A stretch of 63,376 nucleotides of DNA from Acidobacteriota bacterium (GTDB lineage Bacteria > Acidobacteriota > Thermoanaerobaculia > UBA5066), in assembly GCA_039934255.1 (NCBI GenBank), contig JBDTML010000163.1, forward strand, positions 1 to 63,376. Direction: 5' to 3'. A model generated the notes under the pieces. The model saw nothing but the letters and a program-made list of their open reading frames with translations. It did no database searches and was not told the origin of the DNA. This document shows, one piece after another, positions 44,984 through 54,050 of the stretch; within the stretch, counting starts at the first letter, position 1, and each line of letters begins with the position of its first letter. Position numbers and translations under genes: made by a program.

Positions 44984-45883
44984 TTGAACGTCGTTCTCCC
45001 CATCGCTCTCGCCGCCCTCGCGGCCGTTCCGTCGGCGGCCGCCCCGGACCCCGCGGCCGCCTCCATCGTCCGCGCCGGTGCGGACGCCGAAAAGGCCTCC
45101 GGCGCGGTGATCGGTTTTTCCGTTCTCCACATCGAGTCCGGCCGGCACGTTGCTCACCGCGGCGGCGACACATTTCAGATGGCGAGCGTCTTCAAGGTGC
45201 CCGTCGCAATCGCGATCCTCGACGCCGTCGAGAAAGGAAAGCTGCGGCTCGATCAGGAGGCCGAGATTCGGGAGTCGGACCGGATGGAGATCGGTCCGAT
45301 CTACGACGAGTGGAAACCCGGGATGCGCGTGACGGTCGAGCGAATGGTCGACGTCATGCTCGTCGACAGCGACAACACCTCCGCGGACGTCCTCATCGGC
45401 CTCCTCGGCGGGCCGCACGCCGTCGAGAAGGCGCTGACGGCGAAAGGCGTCTCCGGCATCCGGATCTCGCTCGACGAAAAGGGCCTCGGCGCCGCGATGA
45501 AGAAGGATCTCGCCGCGCTCGAGAGGGGCTCCGAGAACGGCGCGAGCCCCGACGCGATGGCGGGGCTGCTCGTGCGCCTCTTCAAGGGCGAGCTCCTTTC
45601 GCGTCCGTCCACGGACCGCATCCTCGACGCGATGCGCCGGTGCGCGACGGGCGGCCGCCGGCTCCGCGCGGGTCTTCCGAAAGGCACGGAGGTCTTCGAC
45701 AAGACAGGCACACTGCGCTCGTGCGCGAACGACTCCGGAATCGTGACTCTCAAGGACGGTTCGCACATCGTCCTCGCCGTCTTCGCCCGCGGCGGAAAGG
45801 ACGCCGCCGCACGCGAGAGCGCGATTGCCTCGGTCGCGAAGGCCGCGTGGGAGACGTTCGCGCCGGCTACGTCGGCTCGGTGA
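44984..45883 (+). CDS. Class A (serine) beta-lactamase family protein
   Basis: The signal peptide is present, along with the SxxK motif MASVFK, the SDN motif VDSDNTSAD, and the KTG motif FDKTGT. TTG start 6 nt after AGGAGG. Confidence 0.85.
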   Translation: MNVVLPIALAALAAVPSAAAPDPAAASIVRAGADAEKASGAVIGFSVLHIESGRHVAHRGGDTFQMASVFKVPVAIAILDAVEKGKLRLDQEAEIRESDRMEIGPIYDEWKPGMRVTVERMVDVMLVDSDNTSADVLIGLLGGPHAVEKALTAKGVSGIRISLDEKGLGAAMKKDLAALERGSENGASPDAMAGLLVRLFKGELLSRPSTDRILDAMRRCATGGRRLRAGLPKGTEVFDKTGTLRSCANDSGIVTLKDGSHIVLAVFARGGKDAAARESAIASVAKAAWETFAPATSAR

Positions 45884-46532
45884 AGCGAAGGTTGGGGAGA
45901 ACTTCCAGCATCGCCTTCGTCCCGGCTTCCGTGACCTTCGACTTGCCGACGAGGAGTACCTCGAGGCTCTTCATCTCCATGAGGTTCCGCATCCCGGCGT
46001 CGCCGACCTGAGTATCGAAGACACTGAGTTTGCGGAGGTGCGTGAGCCCCTTCACGCTGCGAAGTCCCTCGTCCGTCACCTTCGTCCCGCCGATCAAAAG
46101 GGTCTCGAGCTCGGAGAGGCCCCTCAGGGAGGCGAGACCGGCGTCGCCGATCCGGGTCCGGAAGAGATTCAGGAAGCGGAGATTCGTGAGCTCCTTCAGG
46201 TGCGGGGCACCCGCGTCGGAGATCTTCGTGAGGCGAAGGTCGAGCGTGCGGAGGTCTTTCAGGGACCCGAGGCTCACGAGGTCCTCGTCGGTCACCGCAG
46301 AGCCGTGGAGGTCGATATTCACAACGGGACGGTCGGGCCGCTCCGCGTCGCGTTCGAAGGTTCCTCCGAGCCTTTCGACGGCGGCCAGCGCCCGTTCGTC
46401 CCCGGCGGCTTGAACGGGACGCGCGCACGCGCCGAGAACGGACGCCGCAACGAGCAAGCGGAAGAACGGTTTCATGAGTTCCCTCCGACGCCTCATACGA
46501 GACGCCGTCGCGACGGGTTTCCGCGGCGTCAC
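45867..46532 (-). CDS. Secreted leucine-rich-repeat protein
   Basis: About 24-aa LRR units are present (LKDLRTLDLRLTKISDAGAPHLKELTNLRFLNLFRTRIGDAGLASLRGLSELETLLIGGTKVTDEGL..). The signal peptide MKPFFRLLVAASVLGACA begins at the alternative ATG 46475. The 46532 ATG would form an ATGA overlap with the upstream small ORF. The start is unresolved. Confidence 0.8.
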   Translation of the reverse strand: MTPRKPVATASRMRRRRELMKPFFRLLVAASVLGACARPVQAAGDERALAAVERLGGTFERDAERPDRPVVNIDLHGSAVTDEDLVSLGSLKDLRTLDLRLTKISDAGAPHLKELTNLRFLNLFRTRIGDAGLASLRGLSELETLLIGGTKVTDEGLRSVKGLTHLRKLSVFDTQVGDAGMRNLMEMKSLEVLLVGKSKVTEAGTKAMLEVLPNLRFTEPT

Positions 46533-46792
46533 GGGCGCCGCGGTCCGCCCGCCTCGTCGTGCTCGGTCTCGGCGCTCTCGTCCCGTTGCAGCTCGACGAG
46601 CGTCTCGACCCGCCGGTCCGCCTGCAGGTGCTTCTGGAGCTCGAGCATTCCGACGCCCTGGAGGTTCGGCCGGCCCGAGGGTTTCCCGTAGATGCGCCGC
46701 TGGCGCCAGCCCTCGAGGACAATCACGAGGACGACGGCGGCCGCGACGCCGAAGAGCACGAGGCCGTCGCCCGAAACGTTCATCACCATCAT
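46529..46792 (-). CDS. Small hypothetical membrane protein
   Basis: 87 aa with one N-terminal TM (LVLFGVAAAVVLVIVL) and an acidic C-terminus. No recognisable motif. The coding call rests on ORF context only. Confidence 0.4.
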   Translation of the reverse strand: MMVMNVSGDGLVLFGVAAAVVLVIVLEGWRQRRIYGKPSGRPNLQGVGMLELQKHLQADRRVETLVELQRDESAETEHDEAGGPRRP

Positions 46793-46833
46793 CCTACTCG
46801 GGCAGCGGGCCTGTGTTGCGATAGATTCCAGCC

Positions 46834-47394
46834 ATGGTCGAGTCCCTGACGACGCCCTATCTGCTCCTGGCCGCGCCCGTGATGCTCGACCCGAACTTCT
46901 CGAAGACCGTCGTGGTCATGGGCCATCACACGCGCGAGGGCGCGCTGGGCTGGATCGTGAACCGCCTGCTCGGCGAGCCGGCCATCAAGCTCCTCGCGCC
47001 GCCGCTCGACACGGCCGTTCACCCGGAGACCCCGCTCCGGGTCGGCGGGCCCGTCCTGACGAACGGGCTCGTTGCGCTGTTTCCCGACGAGGTGCAGGAC
47101 GTCGATTCGATCGAGATGGCGCCGGGGCTCCGCGTGTCGGCCGCCGCCGAAATTCTCCCCAGGCTCTTCACGGCTCCCCCGTCCGCGGGCACGCCCGGGC
47201 TCCTCGTCATGGGGTATTCCGGCTGGGCGGCCGACCAGCTCGAGAGCGAGATGGAGGAGGGCGCCTGGCTCGTCCTTCCGTGGAACCCCGGGCTTGTCTT
47301 CACGAACGACGTCGACCGGCTCTGGGAGCGCGCGCTCGCGCGCCTCGGCGTCGATCCGGCGTCCGTGTCCTCGTCCTCCACCGGCGTGAGCTGA
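46834..47394 (+). CDS. yqgE: YqgE/AlgH family protein (UPF0301)
   Basis: The sequence reads LLLAAPVMLDPNFSKTVVVMGHHTREGALGWIVNR...GGPV...GYSGWAADQLESEMEEGAWLV. Confidence 0.88.
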   Translation: MVESLTTPYLLLAAPVMLDPNFSKTVVVMGHHTREGALGWIVNRLLGEPAIKLLAPPLDTAVHPETPLRVGGPVLTNGLVALFPDEVQDVDSIEMAPGLRVSAAAEILPRLFTAPPSAGTPGLLVMGYSGWAADQLESEMEEGAWLVLPWNPGLVFTNDVDRLWERALARLGVDPASVSSSSTGVS

Positions 47395-47395
47395 C

Positions 47396-48376
47396 GTGAA
47401 CGAGCTTTCCGCTCTCGTGCTCCGGAACGGCGTTGGTTTCGTCTTTCTGAACGTCCTCCTCCAGCAGCTCGGCGTTCCGGTCCCCGCGGTCCCGACCCTT
47501 CTCGTCGCGGGCGCTCTCGCGGCCGACGGAAGGCTGCCTTTCGGAAGCCTGCTTGCCGCCGCATTCCTCGCTACGGTCGCGGCCGACACGGCCTGGTTCC
47601 TGCTCGGCCGGCGCTACGGGCAGAGGGTCCTCAAGGCGCTCTGCAAGCTGTCGCTCTCTCCCGATTCCTGCGTCAGGCAAACCGAGGGCCTCTTCGATTC
47701 GTATGGCCTCCGGTCGCTGCTCTTCGCGAAATTCGTTCCCGGTTACTCCACCGTGGCGCCGCCCCTCGCCGGCGCGGCGGGCGCGACGCTGCCCCGCTTC
47801 CTCGTATTCACGTCGGGTGGAACTCTGCTCTGGGCGGGAACCGCGCTCGGTCTCGGCCTCGTCTTCCATGGCGCGATCGACCGGGTTCTGGCCTTTCTCT
47901 CGAGTCTCGGCAGCGGCGCGTTCGCTCTGCTGGCGGGAGGCCTCGTTCTCTACGTCGCCGTCAAATGGACCCAGCGGCGCCGCTTCTACAGGTTTCTCCG
48001 AATGGCCCGCATCGGCGTCCACGACCTTCGGCGGCTCATGGACGACGGACAGACGCCCTTGATCGTCGACGTCCGCTCCAACAACGCCCGAAACCGCGAT
48101 CCCCGAAGGATTCCCGGAGCGATCGTCGTCAACATCCTCGAGCTGGACGAGAAGATCGGCCACCTGCCGACGGACCGGGAGATCGTTCTCTACTGCACGT
48201 GACCCAACGAAGCCTCGGCGGCCCGTGTGGCACGCCTCCTCATGGACCGCGGGTTCGCCCTCGTCCGCCCGCTCGAAGGCGGGCTCGACGCGTGGGAAGA
48301 GGCCGGTTACCAGGTCGAGATCGAGGCCGAGCGGATTCCCATGAGCCCGACGGGCTCATTCTCGCCAGCGCCCTGA
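47396..48376 (+). CDS. DedA (SNARE-associated) membrane domain fused to a rhodanese domain, interrupted by in-frame TGA at 48200-48202 (candidate selenocysteine; alternatively a nonsense-disrupted gene)
   Basis: The DedA part reads LQQLGVPVPAVPTLLVAGALA...FAKFVPGYSTVAPPLAG. The rhodanese part reads LIVDVRS...IPGAI...REIVLYCT-TGA-PNEASAARVARLLMDRGFALVRPLEGGLDAWEEAGYQVE. The same frame continues for 58 codons past the TGA, to the stop at 48374-48376. Confidence 0.7.
48217..48236 (+). promoter_or_regulatory. SECIS-like hairpin 15 nt downstream of the in-frame UGA
   Basis: GGCGGCC-CGUGU-GGC(A)CGCC forms 7 GC-rich base pairs with one bulged A. The 5-nt apical loop contains G/U. Confidence 0.4.
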
Positions 48377-48380
48377 ACCT

Positions 48381-48791
48381 TCACGCCCGCTCCCAGGTTT
48401 CCTCCACCACGACGTCCGGGTGGAGCGAAAGCCTCACGGGACAGGTCTTGCCCGCGTGGACCAGCTTCTGGAAGTCCGCCTCGTCGCAGGGCGACGAAAC
48501 GCGGTAGCGCGCCACGAGCTTCGCGATGCGCCGCGGGGGCGCGGGCGTCATGTGCTTCTCGATGTCGAACGTCACGCCCGTCAGGGGAATCCCGTTCCGC
48601 GTGGCGTACAGACTCAGCGTCGTCGTCGCGCATACCGCGAGGGACGCCGCACAGAGATCCGTCGGCGAAAAGCGACTCCCGTCGCCGCCGTTGTCCTTCG
48701 GCGCCGTCGTTTCGAGAACCGCTCCGGAAGGGCCGTGTCGGAGCTCGGTGCCGGTGGGAGAGGTGAGCCTGCCTGAAATCGAAACGCTCAT
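48381..48791 (-). CDS. OsmC/Ohr family peroxiredoxin-like protein
   Basis: The sequence reads ..GGDGSRFSPTDLCAASLAVCATTTL... and ..HAGKTCPVRLSL.. (two conserved Cys regions of OsmC). Confidence 0.85.
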   Translation of the reverse strand: MSVSISGRLTSPTGTELRHGPSGAVLETTAPKDNGGDGSRFSPTDLCAASLAVCATTTLSLYATRNGIPLTGVTFDIEKHMTPAPPRRIAKLVARYRVSSPCDEADFQKLVHAGKTCPVRLSLHPDVVVEETWERA

Positions 48792-48806
48792 GGAGGCGAG
48801 TCTAGT

Positions 48807-49649
48807 TCAGGGTGTGTCGTGCGTGCCGGACAGAGGCCAGACCGGGAGCAGGAGGAATGCCTCGGGATTCACGCGGGCGCCATTCAACCTCGCGGCCCAG
48901 TGCAGGTGAGGGCCCGTCACGCGTCCGGTGGCGCCGACGAGGCCGAGGATCGCTCCTTTGGCGACGATGTCCCCGTCCTTCACGTCCACGCGCGAGAGGT
49001 GCATGTATTGCGTGAAGAGCCCCCCGCCGTGATCGAGGAGAACGGTGCCGCCCGAGAAGTAGAGGTCGCCGGCGAGGGCCACCCGGCCCGCCGCGGCGGC
49101 GGCGACCGGCGTGCCTTTCGGCGCGGGCATGTCGAGGCCCCCGTGGAAGCTCTGCGTCTTTCCGTTGTAAACGCGCCGCGCGCCGAAGTTCGCGCCTTCG
49201 AACGCGACCGGCCGCGCAAAGGACGACCAGCGGCGCGACGCCTCCGCGCTCCGGTAAGCGGCGTTCACCCGCGCGCCGTCCGCCTTTACCCGCTCCTGCT
49301 CCGCCGGAGGGACTTCGACGTACTTCGGGTCCACCGACAGCTTCTGGATGCGGAAGGCGCCGCGGATAACCTTGAGCGGGAGAGCGAGACGCGCCGCGCC
49401 GTCCGGCGACTCGACGACCACCTCCCGCGTCCCGACCTTCGCGTCGAGGTCGAGGCCGAAGAGGCCGCGGAAGCTCCGGCCGGAAGGGTCCCGCTCGAGG
49501 GGAATGCGCCGCTCGCCGTCCACGAGGACGAGGCCCGTGAGCGCCGCGTCGCTCGTGACGCGGATCCCGGCGACACCGCCCTGCGGCAGCGTCCTCGGAG
49601 CCGCCGTCGCCGTGAGGACGGCCGCGAGAAGAATGGAAGAAGCGCTCAC
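48807..49649 (-). CDS. M23 family metallopeptidase (LytM/lysostaphin-like)
   Basis: The sequence reads FHGGLDMPAPKGTPVAAAAAGRV...LLDHGGGLFTQYMHLS...GATGRVTGPHLHW. GTG at 49649 overlaps the acylase stop as GTGA. Confidence 0.9.
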   Translation of the reverse strand: MSASSILLAAVLTATAAPRTLPQGGVAGIRVTSDAALTGLVLVDGERRIPLERDPSGRSFRGLFGLDLDAKVGTREVVVESPDGAARLALPLKVIRGAFRIQKLSVDPKYVEVPPAEQERVKADGARVNAAYRSAEASRRWSSFARPVAFEGANFGARRVYNGKTQSFHGGLDMPAPKGTPVAAAAAGRVALAGDLYFSGGTVLLDHGGGLFTQYMHLSRVDVKDGDIVAKGAILGLVGATGRVTGPHLHWAARLNGARVNPEAFLLLPVWPLSGTHDTP

Positions 49650-51934
49650 GGGACGAACCCCGCCTCTTCCCGCGCGGGCCTCGCGAGACGGGTCGCCCCG
49701 CCCGACGGATCCCCGTCCCGCCAGAACGGAAGCTGATCGAGGCGATGCCGCGAGCCCGTGTGCCCGGAGACGCCGAATGGGACGACGAGCGTGGTCTCGT
49801 CCGGCGCGCCCCAGTCCACGATGAGACGCATGGACTGTCCGAACGCCCCCGACGCGACGCGCACGACGCCCGTCGCTCCCTGTTGCGGAAAGGAGGGCGG
49901 ATTGAAGAGCCAGGAAAGGCCGGGTACCCGTCCGAGCGGATGGCGAACGGCGAGCCGGTTCGCTTCGCCCCAGGTCCAGCGAGACGCGTTCTTCCCATTC
50001 CTCGCCTCCAGATCGGCGCGCGCGTCCTCCCACGCGCCTTTCACGAAGGCGGCCTTCGCGCCGAGACCGGCGCCCCTGAACGCCGCGTCGTCCGCGCGCG
50101 CGAGATCCAGGACGCGGTACTCGGCGAGGCCGAAGTCCGGAGCGACGCGCCACGCCTTCAAGGCCCGCTCCGCGAACCTCCGGCGAAAAACGCGCGCGAC
50201 GAGAAAGCGCGAGGACGCCGCTTCGGCGCGCCCGTCCCAGCTGGTGAAGCGCTCGCGAAAATCCGGCGGCAGAAGCGGCGCGACCGCCTCCATCGTGGCG
50301 GCGAGAACGGCCGACACCGTGTCGAGCTGGATGGCCTCGACGGCGGCACGATCGAGCTTCTGTCCTGCGCGCCCCGCCCCTTCGAGGAGGGTCGCGATCC
50401 GCCGCGCGCGGGCGGGCGAGGGCCAGTCGGTCCCGAGAACCCCGGGCCAGCTCGTGCCCGCGACGCGCTGGTTCGCAGTCGCGAGAAAGCCTTCCTTCGG
50501 ATTCAAGACCCGCGGCATCTCGGACTGGGGAACGAACCCGCGCCAGTCGTTTCGGGCGTCCGAGCCGTCATAGGGAATGCTGCCGTCCGTTCCCGGGCGC
50601 CGGACCGGCACGAGGCCCGTCGCCCGCCAGCCGATGTTCCCTGCCGCATCCGCCCACACGACGTTCTGCCCGGGCGCGAGGAACCCGCTGAGAGCTGTCT
50701 CGACGCTCTCCGCGTCCCCCGCCCGCATCACGCTCGACGAAGGGAGCCTCAGATTCGCGGGGTCGAGAGCGACCCACTTCAGCGCGAGATTTCCCGTGAC
50801 GAGGGGACCGTGCGACGTCGAACGGACGACGAGCCGTTCGGCGGCGCCGCCTCGGACCGAAATCGTCTCCTCGCGCCCGGCGACTTTCTCCCACTCCGTG
50901 CCGCGCCTGGCCCGTCCGCCGACGATCGACTCGCGGTACAGATCCTCGACGTCGGAACACAGGTTCGTGAAACCCCACGCGACACGCTCGTTCCGCCCGA
51001 GCGTCACGCCGGGCAGGCCGGGCAGAGTGACACCCTCGACGAGATGCCCGCTGATGACGAATCGCATCGGCAGCCAGATTCCCGGCGCGCCGAGTCCGAG
51101 GTGAGGATCGTTCGCGAGGATCGGCTTGCCGCTCTTGGTGAGCGCGCCGGAAACGGCCCAGCTGTTCGACCCCGGGACTTCGTCAGGATCTCCCCGCTCT
51201 CTGAAGCCGAGGGCCGAAAGAGCCGGACGCGACGCCGCGTCGCCCGCGAGAGGTAGCGGCGGTAACTCGGGCTTCCCGGCGTCCGGAACGAGCACGAGAT
51301 CGTCGGAAGTGAAGCCGGAGGTGAGGAAGCGTCGCACCGAGGCCGGCCGCGAGAGGAGGCGCTCCACGGCGATCTCCTTCCTCCACGTGGAGGACAGCTC
51401 CTCGCACATCATGAGGAGGACGCGCAGCGCATCTGCAGGCGTGTACCGTCGCGGCGTCAGGCGCAGGAGGGTGAACTCGAGACCCCATCGCCGCAGGTGC
51501 GAATCCACGAAAGCATTGATGCCGTCGGTCAGCGCGACGACGTCCGCGCTCTCGTCCGCCGGCAGAAGCGGGACGGCCGCTTCTGCCACTCTCGAGAAGC
51601 CGTAGATGCGATGCAGCCGGTCGGACGGGAGCGCGACGGGGCCGAAAATCTCGGCGAGCTCGCCGCCCGCCAGCCGGCGCTGCAGCTCCATCTGGAAGAG
51701 TCTCTCGCGTGCCGTCAGGTAACCCTGGGCGCGATACGCGTCCCCGGCATCGGAGGCCGTCACGGTGGCGACGCCCCGGTCGTCGAACGCGACGCTCACG
51801 TTCGCGCGCAGTCCGGGGATCTTCGGAAACGAGAGGTCCGGAAGGTTCCGAGTGACGAGAATACCGAGGGTGGCCCCGGCGAGCACGGCCGCGGCGCCGG
51901 CCGCCGCCGCGATCCCCGCGAGCACGCGCTTCAT
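49646..51934 (-). CDS. Penicillin acylase family (S45 Ntn-hydrolase; penicillin/AHL acylase-like)
   Basis: The sequence reads ..DAYRAQGYLTARERLFQMEL...GSNSWAVSGALTKSGKPILANDPHLGL.. (self-processing SNS nucleophile region). The signal/TM is at the N-terminus. Confidence 0.9.
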   Translation of the reverse strand: MKRVLAGIAAAAGAAAVLAGATLGILVTRNLPDLSFPKIPGLRANVSVAFDDRGVATVTASDAGDAYRAQGYLTARERLFQMELQRRLAGGELAEIFGPVALPSDRLHRIYGFSRVAEAAVPLLPADESADVVALTDGINAFVDSHLRRWGLEFTLLRLTPRRYTPADALRVLLMMCEELSSTWRKEIAVERLLSRPASVRRFLTSGFTSDDLVLVPDAGKPELPPLPLAGDAASRPALSALGFRERGDPDEVPGSNSWAVSGALTKSGKPILANDPHLGLGAPGIWLPMRFVISGHLVEGVTLPGLPGVTLGRNERVAWGFTNLCSDVEDLYRESIVGGRARRGTEWEKVAGREETISVRGGAAERLVVRSTSHGPLVTGNLALKWVALDPANLRLPSSSVMRAGDAESVETALSGFLAPGQNVVWADAAGNIGWRATGLVPVRRPGTDGSIPYDGSDARNDWRGFVPQSEMPRVLNPKEGFLATANQRVAGTSWPGVLGTDWPSPARARRIATLLEGAGRAGQKLDRAAVEAIQLDTVSAVLAATMEAVAPLLPPDFRERFTSWDGRAEAASSRFLVARVFRRRFAERALKAWRVAPDFGLAEYRVLDLARADDAAFRGAGLGAKAAFVKGAWEDARADLEARNGKNASRWTWGEANRLAVRHPLGRVPGLSWLFNPPSFPQQGATGVVRVASGAFGQSMRLIVDWGAPDETTLVVPFGVSGHTGSRHRLDQLPFWRDGDPSGGATRLARPAREEAGFVP

Positions 51935-51946
51935 GGACCCCCGAAC

Positions 51947-52519
51947 TCAGCCCTTCTTCTTCGTGGGCGCCAGCTTCGCGAGAGGCTCGACCCACATCTC
52001 CTCCACGCGGCGCTGCTTGTCGGACATGCCCATCCGATAGCGCAGGCGCACCCGGCACTCCGGGACCGCCCAGGACGACACACCCGGGTCGGAGGCGACG
52101 GGCGTTCCCTTGCCGTAGCGCTCGAGGATTCCTTCGTAAAGTCCGGAAGGCGGGTCGAGGAGGTAGTGCAGTGCCACGACGGTCGCGTCGGCCGCGTCGG
52201 ACGAATAGGTCACGTCCACGATCCATGGCCGCTTCTCTGGGGTGTGCAGGACCTTCACGTCCCGAACGACCGTCTTCTTCGCCGGCTCGTGCAGGGCCAT
52301 CCGCTCGAAAGAAAACGCGCGGGTCTGCCCGATTTCGAGGCCTGCCATTCCGGGGCAGGGGGGCGGCGTCGGGTGGGCCACGGGGGTGCCCGTCGACGGG
52401 GCCGCCGAGCCCGTCTGGGGACCCGTCTGCTGCGTTTGGACCTGAATCTGCGCGTTCGCGGGAAGGGTGGCGAGACCCGCCAGAAAAAGGGCCGTGCAAA
52501 GGAAAAGGAAAGGTTTCAT
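51947..52519 (-). CDS. Secreted hypothetical protein
   Basis: The signal peptide is MKPFLFLCTALFLAGLATLPANA/QI. RBS CAGGAG. No recognisable domain. Confidence 0.6.
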   Translation of the reverse strand: MKPFLFLCTALFLAGLATLPANAQIQVQTQQTGPQTGSAAPSTGTPVAHPTPPPCPGMAGLEIGQTRAFSFERMALHEPAKKTVVRDVKVLHTPEKRPWIVDVTYSSDAADATVVALHYLLDPPSGLYEGILERYGKGTPVASDPGVSSWAVPECRVRLRYRMGMSDKQRRVEEMWVEPLAKLAPTKKKG

Positions 52520-52572
52520 CCAAACTCCTGAATGGGATGCCCGGCCGCGCCGGCACGAGGTCTTTCCTTAAC

Positions 52573-52587
52573 GCGAGGAGCGTGCCA
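52573..52587 (-). promoter_or_regulatory. Possible sigma54 promoter upstream of the 51947..52519 gene
   Basis: The minus strand reads TGGCACGCTCCTCGC. GG and GC are spaced exactly as in TGGCACG-N4-TTGC (the -12 element is TCGC). It lies 54 nt upstream of the ATG. Confidence 0.35.
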
Positions 52588-52619
52588 GACCCGGCCTTCG
52601 AAGTGTAACAGCCGCTTCA

Positions 52620-54050
52620 TCAGGGCGCGGTCGCGAACTCGAGGAGAACCCGCCTCGTCCGCCCGATCCCATCGATGAAAAGTGGAAGCGAAATGCGTTC
52701 GTTCGGGTGATGGATCGTCGCCGCATCGTAGATGTTCACGGCGAAGGGGGACACGCCGTAAACGCGGAGGCCGCGGGCGCGAATGGCGGCCGCCGACGTG
52801 GCCTGCCCGCTCAGGATATAGGGCCCGACGGGTGCCTTCTCCGGGTCCAGACCGTAAACGTTCTCGATTGCGCGCCAGGCGTTCCCCTCGGTGGGGCTCG
52901 ATACGGAGTCACGGGTCTCGAAAAAGCGGCGGAGGCCGAAGCCCCGGCTCCGAACCCAGCTCTCGAGCTCGGCGCGCGCGGACGCGACCGGGCTTCCCGG
53001 CAGCAGCGTTCTGACGACGCGCATGGAAAAGCCGTCGGATTCCTTTTCGACCCTGCCCGTATAGATGCTGTCCTTGAGAAGTGAACGGTAGACTTCCGGA
53101 ACGTCCTTCCAGAGCTCCGCCTCCGGAACGAGCTTCTCGGCTCCATCCATCATGTAGCGGCCCCAGACATCCGATCGCGAGGGCGCGATGAACCGCAGGA
53201 ACTCCCTCACGGCGGGGACTACGCGGACGGGTTGCTGCTGATCCCGGGCCTTCAGGAATTCGCGGAAATCCTCGAGCGGCTTCGCGGCAGACGACAGGGC
53301 GGCCACGGAGAGAACCGCCTTCTCCATCGTCTCGATGCCGAAGCGCTCGACCTGCTGGGTCTTGACCTCGTTGACTCCTCCCTCGTTGAAGACGTCCGTC
53401 ACGCCCGCGAGGAGGTCCGGCCGGTTGTCGAAGAGCCAGCCCATGCCGAGGTCTTCGCGAAATGTCTCTTCTCCGGACTCGACGACGAAGACGATGTCGC
53501 GGAGCGGCACGAGGCCCGCGCGCGTGAGCGAAACCACGGCGAGGAGGTTTGCGATCGTCTGCCCCTTCATGTCGAGCGTCCCGCGCCCGTAGAGGCGATC
53601 GCGCTCGAGCCCGGCGCCTCGCGCGGCCGCGAACGGCGGACTGACCCACGCGCCGAGATCCCCCGCGGGCACCACGTCCGCATGGTTGAGAAGGGCGAGC
53701 GCGCCCTCCTGGCTTCGGCCCTTGATGCGTGCGACGAGGATCGGGCGCTCCGGATCGGCGCCGGTGATCGCCGACGGAATCCCATCGCACGCGAGAACCC
53801 GGGCGAGAAAGTCGATCGCGGGGCGGGTGATTCCGGGCGGATTCGTCGTGTCGATGCGCACGTATTCCACGAGGAGCTTCACGGCCTCGGTCTCCATGGC
53901 CGCGTCCGCCTCGACGTACACCTGGCGAATCGCGATGGGCGCCGCGAGCCGCGACACAATCGCCGGAACAGCCCAGAGAGCGAGCACGGCGAAAGCGGCA
54001 GCGCCCCCGTACAAGGCGAGGCGCCGCTTCGCGCGAGGCCCCAGCGTCAT
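52620..54050 (-). CDS. M20 family metallopeptidase/deacylase with an N-terminal TM anchor
   Basis: The sequence reads ..LLNHADVVPAGDLGAWVSPPFAA...LYGRGTLDMKGQ...FVVESGEE.. The ATG at 54050 overlaps the upstream stop as ATGA. Confidence 0.85.
   Translation of the reverse strand: MTLGPRAKRRLALYGGAAAFAVLALWAVPAIVSRLAAPIAIRQVYVEADAAMETEAVKLLVEYVRIDTTNPPGITRPAIDFLARVLACDGIPSAITGADPERPILVARIKGRSQEGALALLNHADVVPAGDLGAWVSPPFAAARGAGLERDRLYGRGTLDMKGQTIANLLAVVSLTRAGLVPLRDIVFVVESGEETFREDLGMGWLFDNRPDLLAGVTDVFNEGGVNEVKTQQVERFGIETMEKAVLSVAALSSAAKPLEDFREFLKARDQQQPVRVVPAVREFLRFIAPSRSDVWGRYMMDGAEKLVPEAELWKDVPEVYRSLLKDSIYTGRVEKESDGFSMRVVRTLLPGSPVASARAELESWVRSRGFGLRRFFETRDSVSSPTEGNAWRAIENVYGLDPEKAPVGPYILSGQATSAAAIRARGLRVYGVSPFAVNIYDAATIHHPNERISLPLFIDGIGRTRRVLLEFATAP

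Noticed and set aside
48226-48241. TGGCACGCCTCCTCA as a sigma54 promoter
   Set aside because: It has no GC at the -12 position and lies inside the read-through coding region and the SECIS-like hairpin.
44984-51934. Beta-lactamase/acylase region as a horizontally acquired resistance island
   Set aside because: There are no integrase, transposase, tRNA or direct-repeat boundaries. Base composition and overlap-coupled architecture are indistinguishable from the rest of the window.
53066-53095. Possible extra copy of the AT-rich repeat (ccttgagaagtgaacgg) in the M20 peptidase. Similar weak matches occur at 5645-5680, 11788-11815, 21641-21675 and 48794-48820.
   Set aside because: These are only about 12-15 nt matches with several mismatches. 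By rough estimate this is within chance expectation for 126 kb of two-strand sequence. They are noted but not counted as family members.
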